A stretch of 64,000 nt of DNA from Octopus sinensis (GCF_006345805.1 NC_042999.1:53320001-53384000); one strand, 5' to 3'; numbered from the stretch's first letter, positions 14,704 through 28,177 are shown. The notes: generated by a model not told the origin, from the sequence alone. Program-made: numbers and translations.

Positions 14704-16020
14704 ATGCATATATTTGAAGTTTCCACAGAGTTTAACCTCAAAAACGGTTCCGGTTTCGATATGAATGAAAGCTCCTATGAAACTGATTTAAAATCACCTA
14801 CTTGGACAGCAGACATAGTGGAAAGGATTATGTCCGTAGCTGTCATCATGATTGCAACGATTGTTGGAAACCTAACTTTAATCGCAGCCATTTTCTGGAA
14901 ACGTTCTCGTCTTGTAAAAAGAGTAAATATATTTCTTGTGAACTTAGCCATTGGCGATTTGACGGTCGCAATGATTACAATGACCACAGAAATACTTTTT
15001 ATTGCATTCGGGGAATGGATATTGGGAGAAGTCGTCTGTAAGATCAGCGTCTATCTGCAGATTGTAACATTGGCAAGTACAACATTTCTGATGACTGGAA
15101 TGAGTATAGATCGATACCAGGTGATTGTCAAACCTCTGCAGTCCCTGAGAAAACGTCCAAAGATCCGAACGAAAGTTATTCTAGCCTGGGTCATGGCGTT
15201 TATATTCGCAATTCCACAGCTCTTGATTTTTGTCCAAGTAAAGGAAACGAAATCTGATGGCAGCACACAGATGAAGTGTGTCAGTAAAGGTTATACAGAC
15301 GAATGGCAACGCAAAGTGTACTTCACCTTTCTCACGGCATACATTTTGGTCATACCAGGAGCAGTGATGTTTTATTGTTACTCGAATATAACGCGTGTTG
15401 TGTGGAGCAGAGCAAATCATATACCACAAATAACCTATAACAACAAATCTATACAAACGACGAACCGCATTTCGATAAACCAGTCTCTTGTTTCGGCCTC
15501 AAAACGGCGCGTAGTCACAATGACTTTAACTGTGATTATTGGTTTTCTAACATGTCTCACCCCATATTTCATAGTGAACCTCATTAGAATATACAGTAAC
15601 TACACCATAGGTATGAAGAAATCACTGCACGTTTCCGAAGCCATCTTCATGACACACAGTGCTCTCAACCCGATCCTTTATGGGATATTTTCATTACGAA
15701 TGGAACATTTCTACAGAGTCATTAACGTCTGTTTATGCTTTATACCAGTGAAGAGCGTCATAGAAAGGGACACAAGCGTGGACAGTCTAGGTCATATGAA
15801 CACTTTAAGTATGTTACAGATTAGGTTTTCACGACTAGGAAACAGAAACGCTGTTCAAAGTATAAATCAAAAGAAACAATCGTTCCAAAGGAAAAGTTTT
15901 CTGCGAAAGAACGTCGGTCATGCAATTAAGACTACGTTTCATCCGAAATCAAATTCAGTTCAAACAACTTTAGACAATACAAACCTGCGGCCGGTGGGTG
16001 GGCTATCGCCTAATGTCTAA
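14704..16020 (+). CDS. Single-exon rhodopsin-like (class A) neuropeptide GPCR, 438 aa, vasopressin/oxytocin-CCAP/NPS-GnRH-related group; candidate achatin-type receptor
   Basis: Uninterrupted ORF with seven hydrophobic segments and class A motifs: GN (TM1), NLAIGDL (TM2), WILGEVVCK, MSIDRY (TM3), W..AFIFAIPQ (TM4), ECL2 Cys, ILVIP..VMFYCY (TM5), CLTPYF (TM6), SALNPILY (TM7). N-terminal sequons NGS and NES. First ATG at 14704 follows an in-frame TAA at 14665; the track's 14671 start is a TTG. Alternative ATG at 14761. Confidence refers to the GPCR call, not the ligand. Confidence 0.95.
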   Translation: MHIFEVSTEFNLKNGSGFDMNESSYETDLKSPTWTADIVERIMSVAVIMIATIVGNLTLIAAIFWKRSRLVKRVNIFLVNLAIGDLTVAMITMTTEILFIAFGEWILGEVVCKISVYLQIVTLASTTFLMTGMSIDRYQVIVKPLQSLRKRPKIRTKVILAWVMAFIFAIPQLLIFVQVKETKSDGSTQMKCVSKGYTDEWQRKVYFTFLTAYILVIPGAVMFYCYSNITRVVWSRANHIPQITYNNKSIQTTNRISINQSLVSASKRRVVTMTLTVIIGFLTCLTPYFIVNLIRIYSNYTIGMKKSLHVSEAIFMTHSALNPILYGIFSLRMEHFYRVINVCLCFIPVKSVIERDTSVDSLGHMNTLSMLQIRFSRLGNRNAVQSINQKKQSFQRKSFLRKNVGHAIKTTFHPKSNSVQTTLDNTNLRPVGGLSPNV

Positions 16021-16120
16021 ACCTGCTTCAAAATGGCAAAAACTAAAAAAAAGGAACCAAACAGATATATCCCTCACCTGTCTTCGTTTTTCTGTATATA
16101 CATACACACATACATGCCTA

Positions 16121-16151
<31 letters not shown>

Positions 16152-17216
16152 TATTATATATATATATATATATCATATCTATATATATATATATATGTTC
16201 ATTTCTTAATCTTTCCTTACAAACTGGTCCTTTCTGATAAACCTTTCGGATTCACAGAGGATACTAATTCCATAATCCAAATAATCTCTTACATAATATC
16301 TCATAATTGGAAAAGAAATGGAAAAAAAAAGTAATGTTATCTGGAAGCTTAGGCAGGAGGATGCGAGTGCCCGAAAGAAAGAGAAAGTATAAAAATAGAG
16401 AGAAGGATGAGGGAGAGTGATAAGTACGAAAAATATGAGAATGAATAATAAATATATCGCGCGCGAGAGAGGGAGAGGGGCGGTGAATAAAAACATTTTA
16501 AAAGATATCAAGGAAAAGAGTGTCCTGCTAAGTGGACAAAACTGATCTGGAAGTCTGAATTTTGTTGTCAAGGAATGAATAAAAAATGAGTAATGACTAA
16601 TTTATGTCATTAACTACTGAAGAAATAGCTAATAAACATAACACTAATTGTTCAGAATTTAGGCACAATCTATCACTCTTTAGATAAGGGATTAGCCTAT
16701 AGCATCAACCCCAGTAACTCTTTGGTTCTATATTTTATCGAGGCCAGAGTCGTGGAAGGACAAGTTGAGCTCGGTGAGATTTGAACTCAGAACGTAAAGA
16801 GCCATCACTGTTGAGGTTCTGCAAGGGAACTGACCGTTAACTGTAATATTAAGTAGGATGGAAAAAAGTTATACACATACTCCCATACACACACGTATAC
16901 ATACTGACATACATGCATACACACACATATATATATATATATACTTACATACACGACCCTTGTTTTTGTATGTATAAATACATATAAATATATGTGTGTG
17001 TGAGTGTGTAAAAGAATATGTATTTATGCTTGTATATGTTTACGTATATACGCGTTAGTATACGTATGTATAAGTATATACCTACATAAATATATATAAA
17101 TAGAGCAATATACACATGCATTCAGTTATACGTAACTTTATATATAACACACACACGCATTTTTATATACAAATACCTGTGCATCTTTATGCGTAGGCAT
17201 ATGAGTATCTATCTAT

Positions 17217-17266
<50 letters not shown>

Positions 17267-17267
17267 T

Positions 17268-17308
<41 letters not shown>

Positions 17309-17314
<6 letters not shown>

Positions 17315-17591
17315 ACTGACCAGTCCATCAGATGTAGTTACACATCGCTGGTCACAATGCGTTAGCATTGTTTTAGCCTTCGAATGACGCCACACCGCTG
17401 GCTAAGCGAGCAGGCCAACAGAAGAAAGAGTGGTGAAAGAGTACAGCAGGGATCACCACCCCCTTCCGGAGCCTCGTGGAGCTTTAAGGTGTTTTTGCTC
17501 AATAAACACTCACAACGCCCGGTCTGGGAATCGAAACCGCGATCCTACGACCGCGAGTCCGCTGCCCTAACCACTAGGCCATTGCGCCTCC
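17309..17591 (-). mobile_element. SINE family B, tail variant 2
   Basis: Head GGAGGCGCAATGGCCTAGTGGTTAGGGCAGCGGACTCGCGG...GTTTCGATTCCC; matches 31531-31819. Confidence 0.85.
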
Positions 17592-20500
17592 ACACACACA
17601 CACACACACGCATGTATATTTATTAAACGAATGATTGGTCAGCCTACCACACACCAATGAGCACTCGCTGAGTACGTTTATTCTTCCAACTGTGAAACAT
17701 ATTTCAATATTTCCGTTTCTTGCAACTCTTTGAATAAGCAATGCAGCGGTGATTAGCATTTTTCAAACTGTGTGACCCGATTAACCAACGTCAGGCCACC
17801 AACATTTCTCACATCCCTCACGTGATGGCAACAAACGTGATCTAAAAATACCCGTTGAGTTATTTTATCAACTATGTTTTCATTGGCACACATCCAAAGG
17901 AGTTTATGGCTCCAAAATTCCATACGGCGGTCTCTTACGAGAGTATCATTCTTTCTTTGTTGTATCTATTATTTGACAATACCGTTTCCTGTGACAACCC
18001 AGTCATGTCATGACAGGAGATTATCTTAATAAAATTACAGAATTATACGTTATTATCCGTCTCTCATTTTTTTATATAGAACGATTGTATTGAACGCGTT
18101 CCATGAAGCATGTTTCAACAGTCTTGCATTCGCTGCATATAATCTGTAAAATGATGATGAACATACCCGTATGCAGCAATCAATATTATTCAGACGATGC
18201 ACTTTAAAATTTCTTATTAAAACCCCACAAGTGTCATCTGCATACAAACTAGTTTACCACGTGCATGGTTAATATCTGTAATTTTTTTTGCTTCGGTGGA
18301 GGCATCACTACGTCACCTTCAACAATAAATATTATGGTTATTTAATATCGTCTAATTACATTTGAAAATAAAATGCGTAACATGTCAACACTAAACATCT
18401 GATTCTGTCGTTGTAACAGCATTTCTAAAACGTTCAAATCTTGTATCTCTTTTAAATCTACTTCAACTCTGTTGTGTTGATAACATTTCTTAAATCTCTT
18501 CAATAATGGGATAAGAGTTCAGAGTTTGGCACTGCTGTTGCACGCGTCATTGCACACGTCATACTTCTTCAAAGATAAAATAAAATATAGTCAATTGGGA
18601 ACTGCCAAAAAAATGTCAATTTACATATTATATATATACATATATATATATATAGTATTTTATAAGCTTGTAGCCACCAACGCGCAATGACTAAAGAGAA
18701 TATCTGAATAGAATATATATATATGTGTGTGTGGTGTGTGTGTGTGTGTGTGGTGTGTGTGTGTGTGTGTGTGTGTGAAATATACTTTTTCAAGAAGTCA
18801 ATTGATGGTAACTTCGAACATTAAGCATGCAAGCCTTCGTTGGACAAAGGCTAAGAGGCCGAAATTTCGAAGTCATTGTCGCCACTTCTTGCAAAATCAT
18901 CATATTATGGTCAAGAGAACAAGAAAAAATACCGAATAATTATTTGATTTAGCGTTAACTCGAATTGAAAACAAACATGTGTGCGTGCACATCTTTTATG
19001 TGTGTGTGTGTATATATGTATATATGTGTGTGTGGATGTACATACGTAGGTATGTATGTATTATGTGTTTATGTGCGTCTGTGTATTAACGGATTCACAA
19101 GGGTTATGTAATCCCTCTGTATGATAACCACTGCCTCACACAGATATTGTTTCCTTTCAATGGAATTTCTAAAACTATTATAAAGCATTCCATACTCACC
19201 CCTACTTAGCGATCTGCTTAGTAGCTCCTCCATCTAATAGCATTTTACTCTCCCTCATTTGTTTCCCTCCGCCAACCCTCTATTGATCATTTGTAAATTA
19301 TTTCACCCGATACACAATGCACTAAATATTTCCATTCACCCGTATTTCTATTCCTACGCATCGATAAAATGAAATAAGAAGACTATCAACCCAGTTCATG
19401 ACAGAGAATCGCCAACATCACAACAACGGTATTCTGCATACGCATTATAGAGTTTGCATACAATACTAAAGAACCAAACCGAACCAAAGAATCACGCGTA
19501 CCCATGGCCCACAAGTCGCTGGTGCTGTACAAACCCGCCATGAAAATAAAAATAAAATAATAATTGTTTAAAAGTTTGGCACTACGTCAACCATATCAGC
19601 GGGGATGGGATCGAATATTACATAGATCCCAGCATCTCAATCATACTTTATTTTATCGAACTCCAAAGGATGAAAGGTAAAGTTCAATTTGTCCGCATTC
19701 GAAATAGAAAAAAAAAACGATAGAAGAAATGCTGCTAAGCTTTTTGTCCGATACGCTAAGGATTCTGTAAGCAAGCTGCCACAGAATACCATCAACAAGT
19801 CTTTTTAGCTGACTCCAAAAGCCTACACATGCAAAAGTGAAGCAGGAAATTTCTGTCACACAACGTAGTATTTATATTTATAAGTAATGGACGAGAGTGG
19901 GGTTATAAGGAAAATGATATAATGTTGACGGATTGACTTAAAATTCAAACTAAAAATTAAAGAGAAACTAAAAACGTAAAATTTAGCATAAACTATCCAA
20001 AATGTATAGAAACCACCTACTTTGACAGGATCAGACAACTTAACCATTACGACATCTTTCAGATTCGATCCTTGTCTCGAAGCTTGGTACCGCAATAATA
20101 TGCCCTTGAATCAGAGCCGCCTTAGCTAAACCATTAGGTACCTCACAAAACTCAATCACGATTTTCTAACTACAAATCGATGACAGACATATTTTTCAAC
20201 AATTCATCACCTATGGTAACCTAGAATCGAAACCCATCTTCTTAAGCAGCATATTATTACTGGCTCTCTTTTCTGAGACTTTGCCGCAGTTCTTCACTCG
20301 AACTGTAAACTACCGGTAGCCAGTGCTGTCGGAATCATCTTTGTAAGTGGCATCCAGTGATTTACTTCGTTTTTACCTGCATTCACTGTTTTTGGTCCTC
20401 TCTATATTCTTATAGAGATTTAGTTTCGATATCATTCCCATAATCACTAGACATTGACGTAGTCGTATACCTTGTAGCCTCTGTTCCGTCAGCAATGGAA

Positions 20501-20659
20501 TGGGAAATTTCTCGGCTCACTATCCATGTACATCTCCGGTACTGATGACATAGAGGAAAAAGTGATTTGATTTTCTCTCCCTGTGTCTCTTCTCAGATAT
20601 CCGACCGAAAACTGAAAACAGTTCTCACGACAGCGAGCAGAACTGATCATTTTGCTCTG

Positions 20660-21052
20660 TACTCTTTTACTTGTTTCAATCATTTCACTGCGGCCATGCT
20701 GGAGCACCGCCTTTAATTGAGCAACTCAACCCCGGGACTTACTCTTTGCAAGCCCAGTACTTAGTCTATCGGTCTCTTTTGCCGACCCGGTAAGTGACGT
20801 GGGACATAAACACACTAGCATCGGTTGTCAAGCAATGCTAGGGGGACAAACACAGAACACAAACAAATATATATATATATACATATATACGACGGGCTTC
20901 TTGCAGTTTCCGTCTACCAAATCCACTCACAAGGCTTTGGTCGACCCGAGGCTATAGTAGAAGACACTTGCTCAAGGTGCCACGCAGTGGGACTGAACCC
21001 TGAACCATGTGGTTGGTAAACAAGCTACTTACCACACAGCCACTCCTGCGCC
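20660..21052 (-). mobile_element. tRNA-derived SINE, family A, full length
   Basis: Head GGCGCAGGAGTGGCTGTGTGGTAAG...GGTTCAGTCCCAC (pol III A/B-box-like), central microsatellite, tail GGCGGTGCTCCAGCATGGCCGCAG...AAGTAAAAGAG; multiple copies in the window. Confidence 0.88.
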
Positions 21053-22214
21053 TGTCTACCCATGGCTATGTGTAGTTCGCAGGTAGGATAGCGATATTTG
21101 TGGATCATTAGCATCTGGATGGTCCAAGCAAACATAAAAGACCCTAGAAGACAATTTATTTCTGAGGGTAGTCACTCTAGTCACATATATGCCAACTGCC
21201 ATGCAAAGGTAAGACAAAAAAAATTGTTAAAATTCTGAGGAAATACATCTGTTCATGATTTTACTATTAGTAAAAACTCATGCATTTCTTCAGAAGCCAT
21301 TGGAGAAATGTATACCACGTGATCTCCACACTCCTCCCCACCTCACTGCCTATTTGAACTTAAAATTCAAGCACGCACTTCCGTATGCACTACGTTGTTT
21401 CCATCATCTCAAGTACTAGCTCTTTTGAACTCTTATTATAGACAGCATATATTTTTGGAAATTAGAGGCATACAAAATTTCAACTTGTCCTTTCCTGCAT
21501 AAATTGGTCGGAATAAAATAGAAAAACAACCTTGTTTTTTTTTTTCCAATTCTTCATTTACTTATTTTCCTTGAGTTGACATGTCCAGTCGTTTCATTTA
21601 ATCAAAGTTTTGTAAATTCTTATTGTTAGCCACATTCATGTCATTCCTGTTTGTATTGGTTTTGTTTTCCTTAGCCATGATGATATTTCTGGCGGCACCA
21701 TGTTTTCCGGCCTTCTTTTCTACAAGTATATGTATATCTGTTTAAACGTCAGTCGCGTATATGTCTTTTTTAAATATATTTTGGTTGTCTCTTTGAAAAG
21801 AAACGTTTGTATTTTTTTTTTCGTTTGAAGACAATATACAGTGCGTTCGTTTCCTTAATTGTGGATGCTGCTACCTTGACAGTGTGAAATATTTCTTAGT
21901 TACTCCAGACGTAAGGGACTTGCAACACCCGTAAATGTTGCTAATTATTATTTGTTAAATGAATAAATAAATAAAACGGAATCAGGTAAATGTCTAAAAA
22001 TATACAATAGCTGCTGTGGACCCTTAGACAATTCGAAATCTTTCGGAGAGGAGATTAGGACGAAATATGTTTTATTTTCTAAGGTGTTCCGTGTAACAAT
22101 TAGATTTTCATTTGGATGTGCAAGAACACCAACTGCAACAACAAAATAAATAACGATAACAGCAACACTAATATTCATGGAAGCAGCAGCAGCTGCAGCA
22201 AAAACAACGTTACT

Positions 22215-22500
22215 AATGATATCATCGGAGCTTTGAGATCAATACCACTCAAACTGAAGGAACATCTGGGCACTTTAGAAATACCTTGCAATCTTGGTGT
22301 ATTGCAAAAATCGGCACTACTTGCAGCTGTATGCATGATGCGTACAATACTGTCTGTCAGACGGCTTTGTTGTAACTAAAGAGGCTGTACAAAACCTCGG
22401 TGCAAAGTTATGATGTCGTAGATTGAATATATATTCAATCTACGACATCATAACTTTGGATACCGTTCGACTTCTTCAATAAAATAATAACAACAACAAC
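22215..22500 (+). mobile_element. 3' end of an R4/Dong-like (restriction-like endonuclease) non-LTR element
   Basis: IIGALRSIPLKLKEHLGTLEIPCNLGVLQKSALL...RTILSV, followed by (CAA)/(TAA)n. Confidence 0.7.
22403..22458. repeat. Perfect 56-bp spacerless palindrome
   Basis: CAAAGTTATGATGTCGTAGATTGAATAT|ATATTCAATCTACGACATCATAACTTTG. Confidence 0.97.
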
Positions 22501-22539
22501 AATAATAATAATAATAATAATAACAACAGTGTACAAGTA

Positions 22540-22995
22540 TGCAATGGCATGCAGTTACTCGCATGGCTTCTGATCTTAACTGATTGGAAGTGTTATCATG
22601 TATGTTATTTTGTCTTTGTATAAAATATGGGCTACAGCAAATATTCTGCTCAATACCACAGATTTGCTTGTCAGTTGTTTGACCGTAACCAGTTGAGCAT
22701 GTCCCTTAGTGGCTGACGATATGTGCATCTCTGATCACGAGCAGAAGTAGTGGGGGAGCATCATAGCCGTGTATTGAAATGAATTCTTTGGAATTTGGAT
22801 AATTCATTCATCAATCTTAAACAACCCTTATTCAGGGATCTTTTGAGTGGGATGGGCTACTCAACCTGAAGAAAATTCTAATTGGGCTCCATCTGCCAGA
22901 TGATGCGCCGTTTATGAGATCACCATATCCCGCACATATGGTTGTGATGCATATGCCTAGGCATCTCCTGGTTTCTTCTATAATGCATTCAGGAA
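22540..22995. repeat. ~450-bp non-coding interspersed repeat adjacent to (TAA)n, copy 1
   Basis: Homologous along its length to 35240-35740 (GATCTTAA...GAAGTGTTATCATGTA...TTAGTGGCTGA...ACCTGAAGAAAATT). Confidence 0.8.
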
Positions 22996-24049
22996 ACGCA
23001 AGGCTCTTGCTTCGGCTTCTCCTCGTTAGCAAAGTTTTTGACAGCGATATGTTTTCCAATTCTACTTCAGTCTCTCCCATTTCCTCGATCCTCCGGCAAA
23101 CTTCCCACATTTTTCCCATTCTTCGTAGTAGACTTTGTTATTGTTACTGGTATTGCTTCTTCTGTAGCCTTTGTTGCTCTTTGTGCTTGCATAACTGGAC
23201 GAGTGAGCGACTGCCGTAGTCATTACGTGGGTGGCGGTGACGTTTTAATTTCTGAATGGAAGAGCGGTGACATTGGCGGCGGCAGTAGTGTTAAAACTGC
23301 AGCACTATCAACTACTGTGTTGGTGAAAGTAGTGGTATTCCTCTTCTCTGTAAGAAATCAGATGCTTGCAATAAAAGAGGTAGTTTTCTAATCATATTAA
23401 TCTTTGCTATCGGTTGTGGCGTATGTTATTATTCAGTTGTTTTTGATATCCAACACGCCTTGTCACAGCTACTTATACACTTTGCAATGGATATTAATAC
23501 AAGGAAATCATTTCCATTGCCACTGCTCTGGGTGTGACAAACCCTCCTTCATAATCATCTTTTCTTTGGATTTGATATTTGTTATGATACGTTTTGCGTT
23601 TGAGATAATTCGGAATAAAATCTTTAAAAATATATTTTGCTACAATGTGGCAAACGAGAGAGTTTTCAGCAGGCCCAGGTGGGTACTGGTTGGCTCCGAC
23701 ACACGAACCAGATAACAAAATATAACATTAACGCGATTTTAGATACCTAAACAAATAACAACTTGCAGACCGTGTTCGAGTGTGTTTCACAGATGCATGC
23801 ACTATCAACAACAACGGTAAAATGACGAGGTTGCCCACAGTAATTTGAGGAGAGGGAGCAAGTCTATTAAACCGACGTCAGTAGTTGATTGCTCCTACAT
23901 TTCATTGACACCGAAACGTTGAAGGACAAAGTGCATCGCGGCTATACTTAAACATTTTGTGGGAAGGGTTAACGACCCTGCCAGCCCCAACTTCAAATAA
24001 CAACAACAACAACAACAACAACCACAACACAACAACAACAACTATAATA

Positions 24050-24267
24050 ATAATCCTTCGTACTATAGGCCAAAGACCTGAAAGTTTGAGGATGGGCTAG
24101 TCTATTGCATTGACCCCAGTGTATAACTGGTACTTATTTCATTGACCCCGAAAGGATGAATGGCAAAGTCGACCTCGATGTAATATAAACTCAGAACGTG
24201 TGGACGGACGAAATACAGCTAAGCATTTTGCCTGGTGTGCTAACGATTCTCTCAGTTCGCAGCCTTA
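24050..24267 (-). mobile_element. SINE family C variant
   Basis: GACCCCGAAAGGATGAATGGCAAAGTCGACCTCG core; further decayed copies near 16660-16810, 19570-19790, 23810-23990 and 46430-46640. Confidence 0.75.
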
Positions 24268-24412
24268 ATAATAATAATAAGAAGAAGAAGGGGAGGAGGA
24301 GGAGAAGAAGACGAAGAAAAAGAAGACGATGAAGAAGATGAAGACGAAGAAAAAGAAGACGACAAAGAAGATGAAGGCGACGAAGACGACGAAGACGACG
24401 ACGACTACGAAG
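24268..24412. repeat. (TAA)/(GAA)/(GGA)/(GAC) trinucleotide tract
   Basis: Direct inspection. Confidence 0.9.
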
Positions 24413-24939
24413 GGTTTTTACAGAATATCGTCATAGAGATTCACCATACTATAAAAGCAAAGAAACGAGATAATATCGTAAAGGCATGAAATAATAAACA
24501 GGACAGCGTCAGGGAAATGAGAGTGTTAAGAACTATGACGGACTCGCCATAGATATGAAATGATTGTGGAGCACAGAGATGGAAATGTTCCAGTTGTAAT
24601 GAGGTAATAATATACTCGGCGCCAATTACAGCAACAGTCATTTCCTTGCTTGAGCTCCACGAGGTTGAGTGCCATTAGAACTGAATACCTTTAATGGGCC
24701 TATGGAATCATAACGTGGAAGTACTAACCTGCATTCTGTAAGAATACAATTAGAGGGTATGGAGATTTCAACAGACTTGGTGTCACCAATCTCAGATAAC
24801 ATCATTGCTAAATAAATTTCTAGATTTTTTTTTAAGAAGAAATGTAATAATGTTTTCCATGTTTGGCGCCCAAACATGATTTCTCAAGAAACACTTTTAG
24901 ACAAATCATTTGATAACCAATAACTTACACATCAATACG

Positions 24940-25565
24940 CATATAACATACATACGTTAATACACAAATACACACACAGATACCTATACATGATTTTAGG
25001 CACATATCTATATACATACATACATACATACATGCATGCATATATATATACATATATATATACACATATATACATATAATATATACATATATATACACAT
25101 ATATATACACATTTATATACACCCATATATATAATTATATATATATATATCATTACATAATATATATATATATATACATATATACACAGATATACATAAT
25201 TATATATATATATCATTACATAATACATATATATACACACATATACATACATATACACACATATACATACATATACACATATATATATAATTATATATAT
25301 ATATCATTATATATGTATATATACACATATACACGCATATATATAATTATACATATCATTATATAATATATATATATATACAATATATATATAATTATAT
25401 ATATATATCATTATATATGTATATATACACATATACACGCATATATATAATTATACATATCATTATATAATATATATATATATATATATACAATATATAT
25501 ATAATTATATATAAAACATATATATATATATATATATATACGCCATTATATATATATATATATAT

Positions 25566-25602
<37 letters not shown>

Positions 25603-25680
25603 ATATATACATATATATTTATTTATTTGTATTTATCAATATGTATATATGTGTGTGTGTTTGTGTGTGTGTATAATATA
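24940..25680. repeat. (TA)/(CATA) microsatellite block with an internal tandem duplication
   Basis: Direct inspection. Confidence 0.95.
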
Positions 25681-25740
25681 ATATACTATAAAAACCAGAC
25701 AAACGCCCGAGATGTTGTTAATCCAAATGTATCATGAAGT

Positions 25741-25816
25741 CCTCTACATACATTTCGACGGGTGCACTCCAAAATATCTGGCAGGCTGAAAAATGGTCAC
25801 CGATCTCGTCGGGAAG
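25741..25816 (-). ncRNA. Degenerate minimal hammerhead ribozyme (core U4->C)
   Basis: Minus strand: CTTC-CCGACGA-GATCGGTG...CACCCGTC-GAAA-TGTATG-TA-GAGG. Confidence 0.5.
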
Positions 25817-26020
25817 TTTATGATAACAAGCTCATCGAAAAAACATGTTAACCGAAAAAGAAAGTCCTACAAAATGTAACGTATTTATGTTTATACGGAA
25901 TCAAGCTTCCACACTCAAACATGTGACGTGTAAATATAAACATTATACTCATTCCAAAACACATTCATACACACTCATCAAAATACAAAGACTTACGAAT
26001 ACACATATATACGTACATAA

Positions 26021-26060
<40 letters not shown>

Positions 26061-26950
26061 CTACATACATATATATATTTATATCTACATACATATATAT
26101 ATACATATCTACGTATACATATATATACATACCTAGATGTTTACTCACACCCACACAGCTATACATATATGAGAATACAAACACACACACATTTCTATGT
26201 ATAATCTGTCTAGTCAGTATCATAACAGGATGTAATGTCATACTGGAGTTCTGGAATTTTCCGGACGAGTTACCTTCCCGCTATTAGAATGGTATGTCTG
26301 TAGCACAATAACACATATAAAATGACGCTTGCACTTCATTTTCATATTACGTTTTCTTCGACATGAACACATTTAATCATCTCTCCAACGAACCTCTAAT
26401 TTTTTTATTAGTTTTGTTTTATTAATATACTGTTGTTTCCCTGAATTACGAATTAACACTATCCACTGTCCTCATAACTAACGATGTTCCCTGAATTCGT
26501 CACCAAGGTTTGTCTAACGGTCTGAGTTCAACTATTCTGTTAAAGTTCCAAATTATTATTATATATCTGGCTATATATAATAATAATACCATCGCTCTCT
26601 GTAACTATCAAGAATCAAACTAATATGTTTTTTCTCCAAATTTTCCCCTTTTTTTTAAGATTAAGAAAATATATTTTACCAAAAACATATACAGTTTTTT
26701 CGAGATTTGAAAATCATTTAATCCATTTTATGATAACTGCTTGCGATAATTCTTCACTTTATTATATAGAATGTAGATATATGTCATCAGACTAACTGTT
26801 TTTCTTTCTATTTTTACCTAGGTGTCTCTCATACATGCTCAAATACATACATGCTCAAATACATACATAGACACAGAAAACACACACACGCACACTCACA
26901 GAAACACATAATTATATGCTTATATATTTATATATATACAATCACACACA

Positions 26951-28050
26951 CGAGGGCTGTTCATTAAATATTTCCCCTGGCCCACATTCTGTAACTTCAG
27001 AAAAGCGAAATTGGAAAGTTATAATTATACATTTGCAATATTATTCGTTTATCTTTTACGTCTGCTGAAGCGAATTAAGGTGTTATGATGGAGGTAGTTG
27101 AATGCAGATCAGCGATAGGTTCTCACACTTGAAAGGTTGTACACCAAAAGAGACGTTTGTGGTGGCGATGCACCATTGTACGACTTAGTCAATCACTGGC
27201 ATCGCCAGATCAAATGCTGTCGGACATCGGTGGAAACTGCTCCCATTGCAACAACATTCCTCCACTGATGACGACACCAGACATAAAGTGGAAACCACCA
27301 TTTTGGAGGATAGCTGCATAGTATTCAGCAACTAATCCAAAAAGTGAAGAAAAGCATAGGGTCCGTAGAAAATATCATTTGCACAGGCGGAAATTTTCTG
27401 CACTAGGGATTCCCCGGAGGCTTACACCTTTTCAGATGCAGGTACATGACAATTGCTCCCAGGCTCTTTTGACAATGTGCCAAGAAACTGAGGAGGACTT
27501 CTCTCGGCAGAATTATCACACAGGATGAAAGATGGGTCCATCAATATGATCCTGAAATTAAAGTCTAATCAAAACAATGGAAGCATGATAACTTACCACC
27601 TCCAAAGAATGTCCGTATCCATCCTTCAGAAGGCAAGGTGATGATCGTAGTCTTTTGGAACCATCAAAGCAAAGATGCGTGGCATGCTGAAAAAAGAAGT
27701 CCGCCTCCTCCAAGACAACGCCCCAGTTCACAATGGCATGTTGCCCTGATGAAACCACACTCCTGCGGCTATGAAATCCTTCTTCCTTTCTCTTGCTGCC
27801 CCGATTTCGCACCATCGGACTTCCATTTCTTTCCAAACATGAAGTCTTTCTTGAAGGGGAAGCAGTTTTCGGATGCTGATGAACCTATCTCCGATGTAAA
27901 GTCTTGGCTCTAGACGCGACCCACATACGTCTGCAGATGAGGTCTTCACAGCTGCATGAAGCACATTTGTTGATGTATGTGAGTGGTCTTAATAAAGACC
28001 ATATTTTTTACAAGATGTATTGACCACCTTTTTTTCATTTGTTCGACTTT
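26951..28050 (+). mobile_element. Decayed mariner DNA transposon
   Basis: TIR-like start CGAGGGCTGTTCA; peptides RIITQDERWVHQYDPE, GKVMIVVFW, LLQDNAPVH, CPDFAPSDFHFFPNMKSFLKG (YSPDLAPSD motif); stops and frameshifts. Confidence 0.88.
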
Positions 28051-28058
28051 AGACAAAT

Positions 28059-28098
<40 letters not shown>

Positions 28099-28140
28099 AT
28101 ATATATATAATGAATCACTATTTACTGTTTCCATCATTCA

Positions 28141-28177
<37 letters not shown>

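Noticed and set aside
17520-17591. tRNA gene-like sequence
   Set aside because: It is the head of a multicopy SINE, without a proper acceptor stem.
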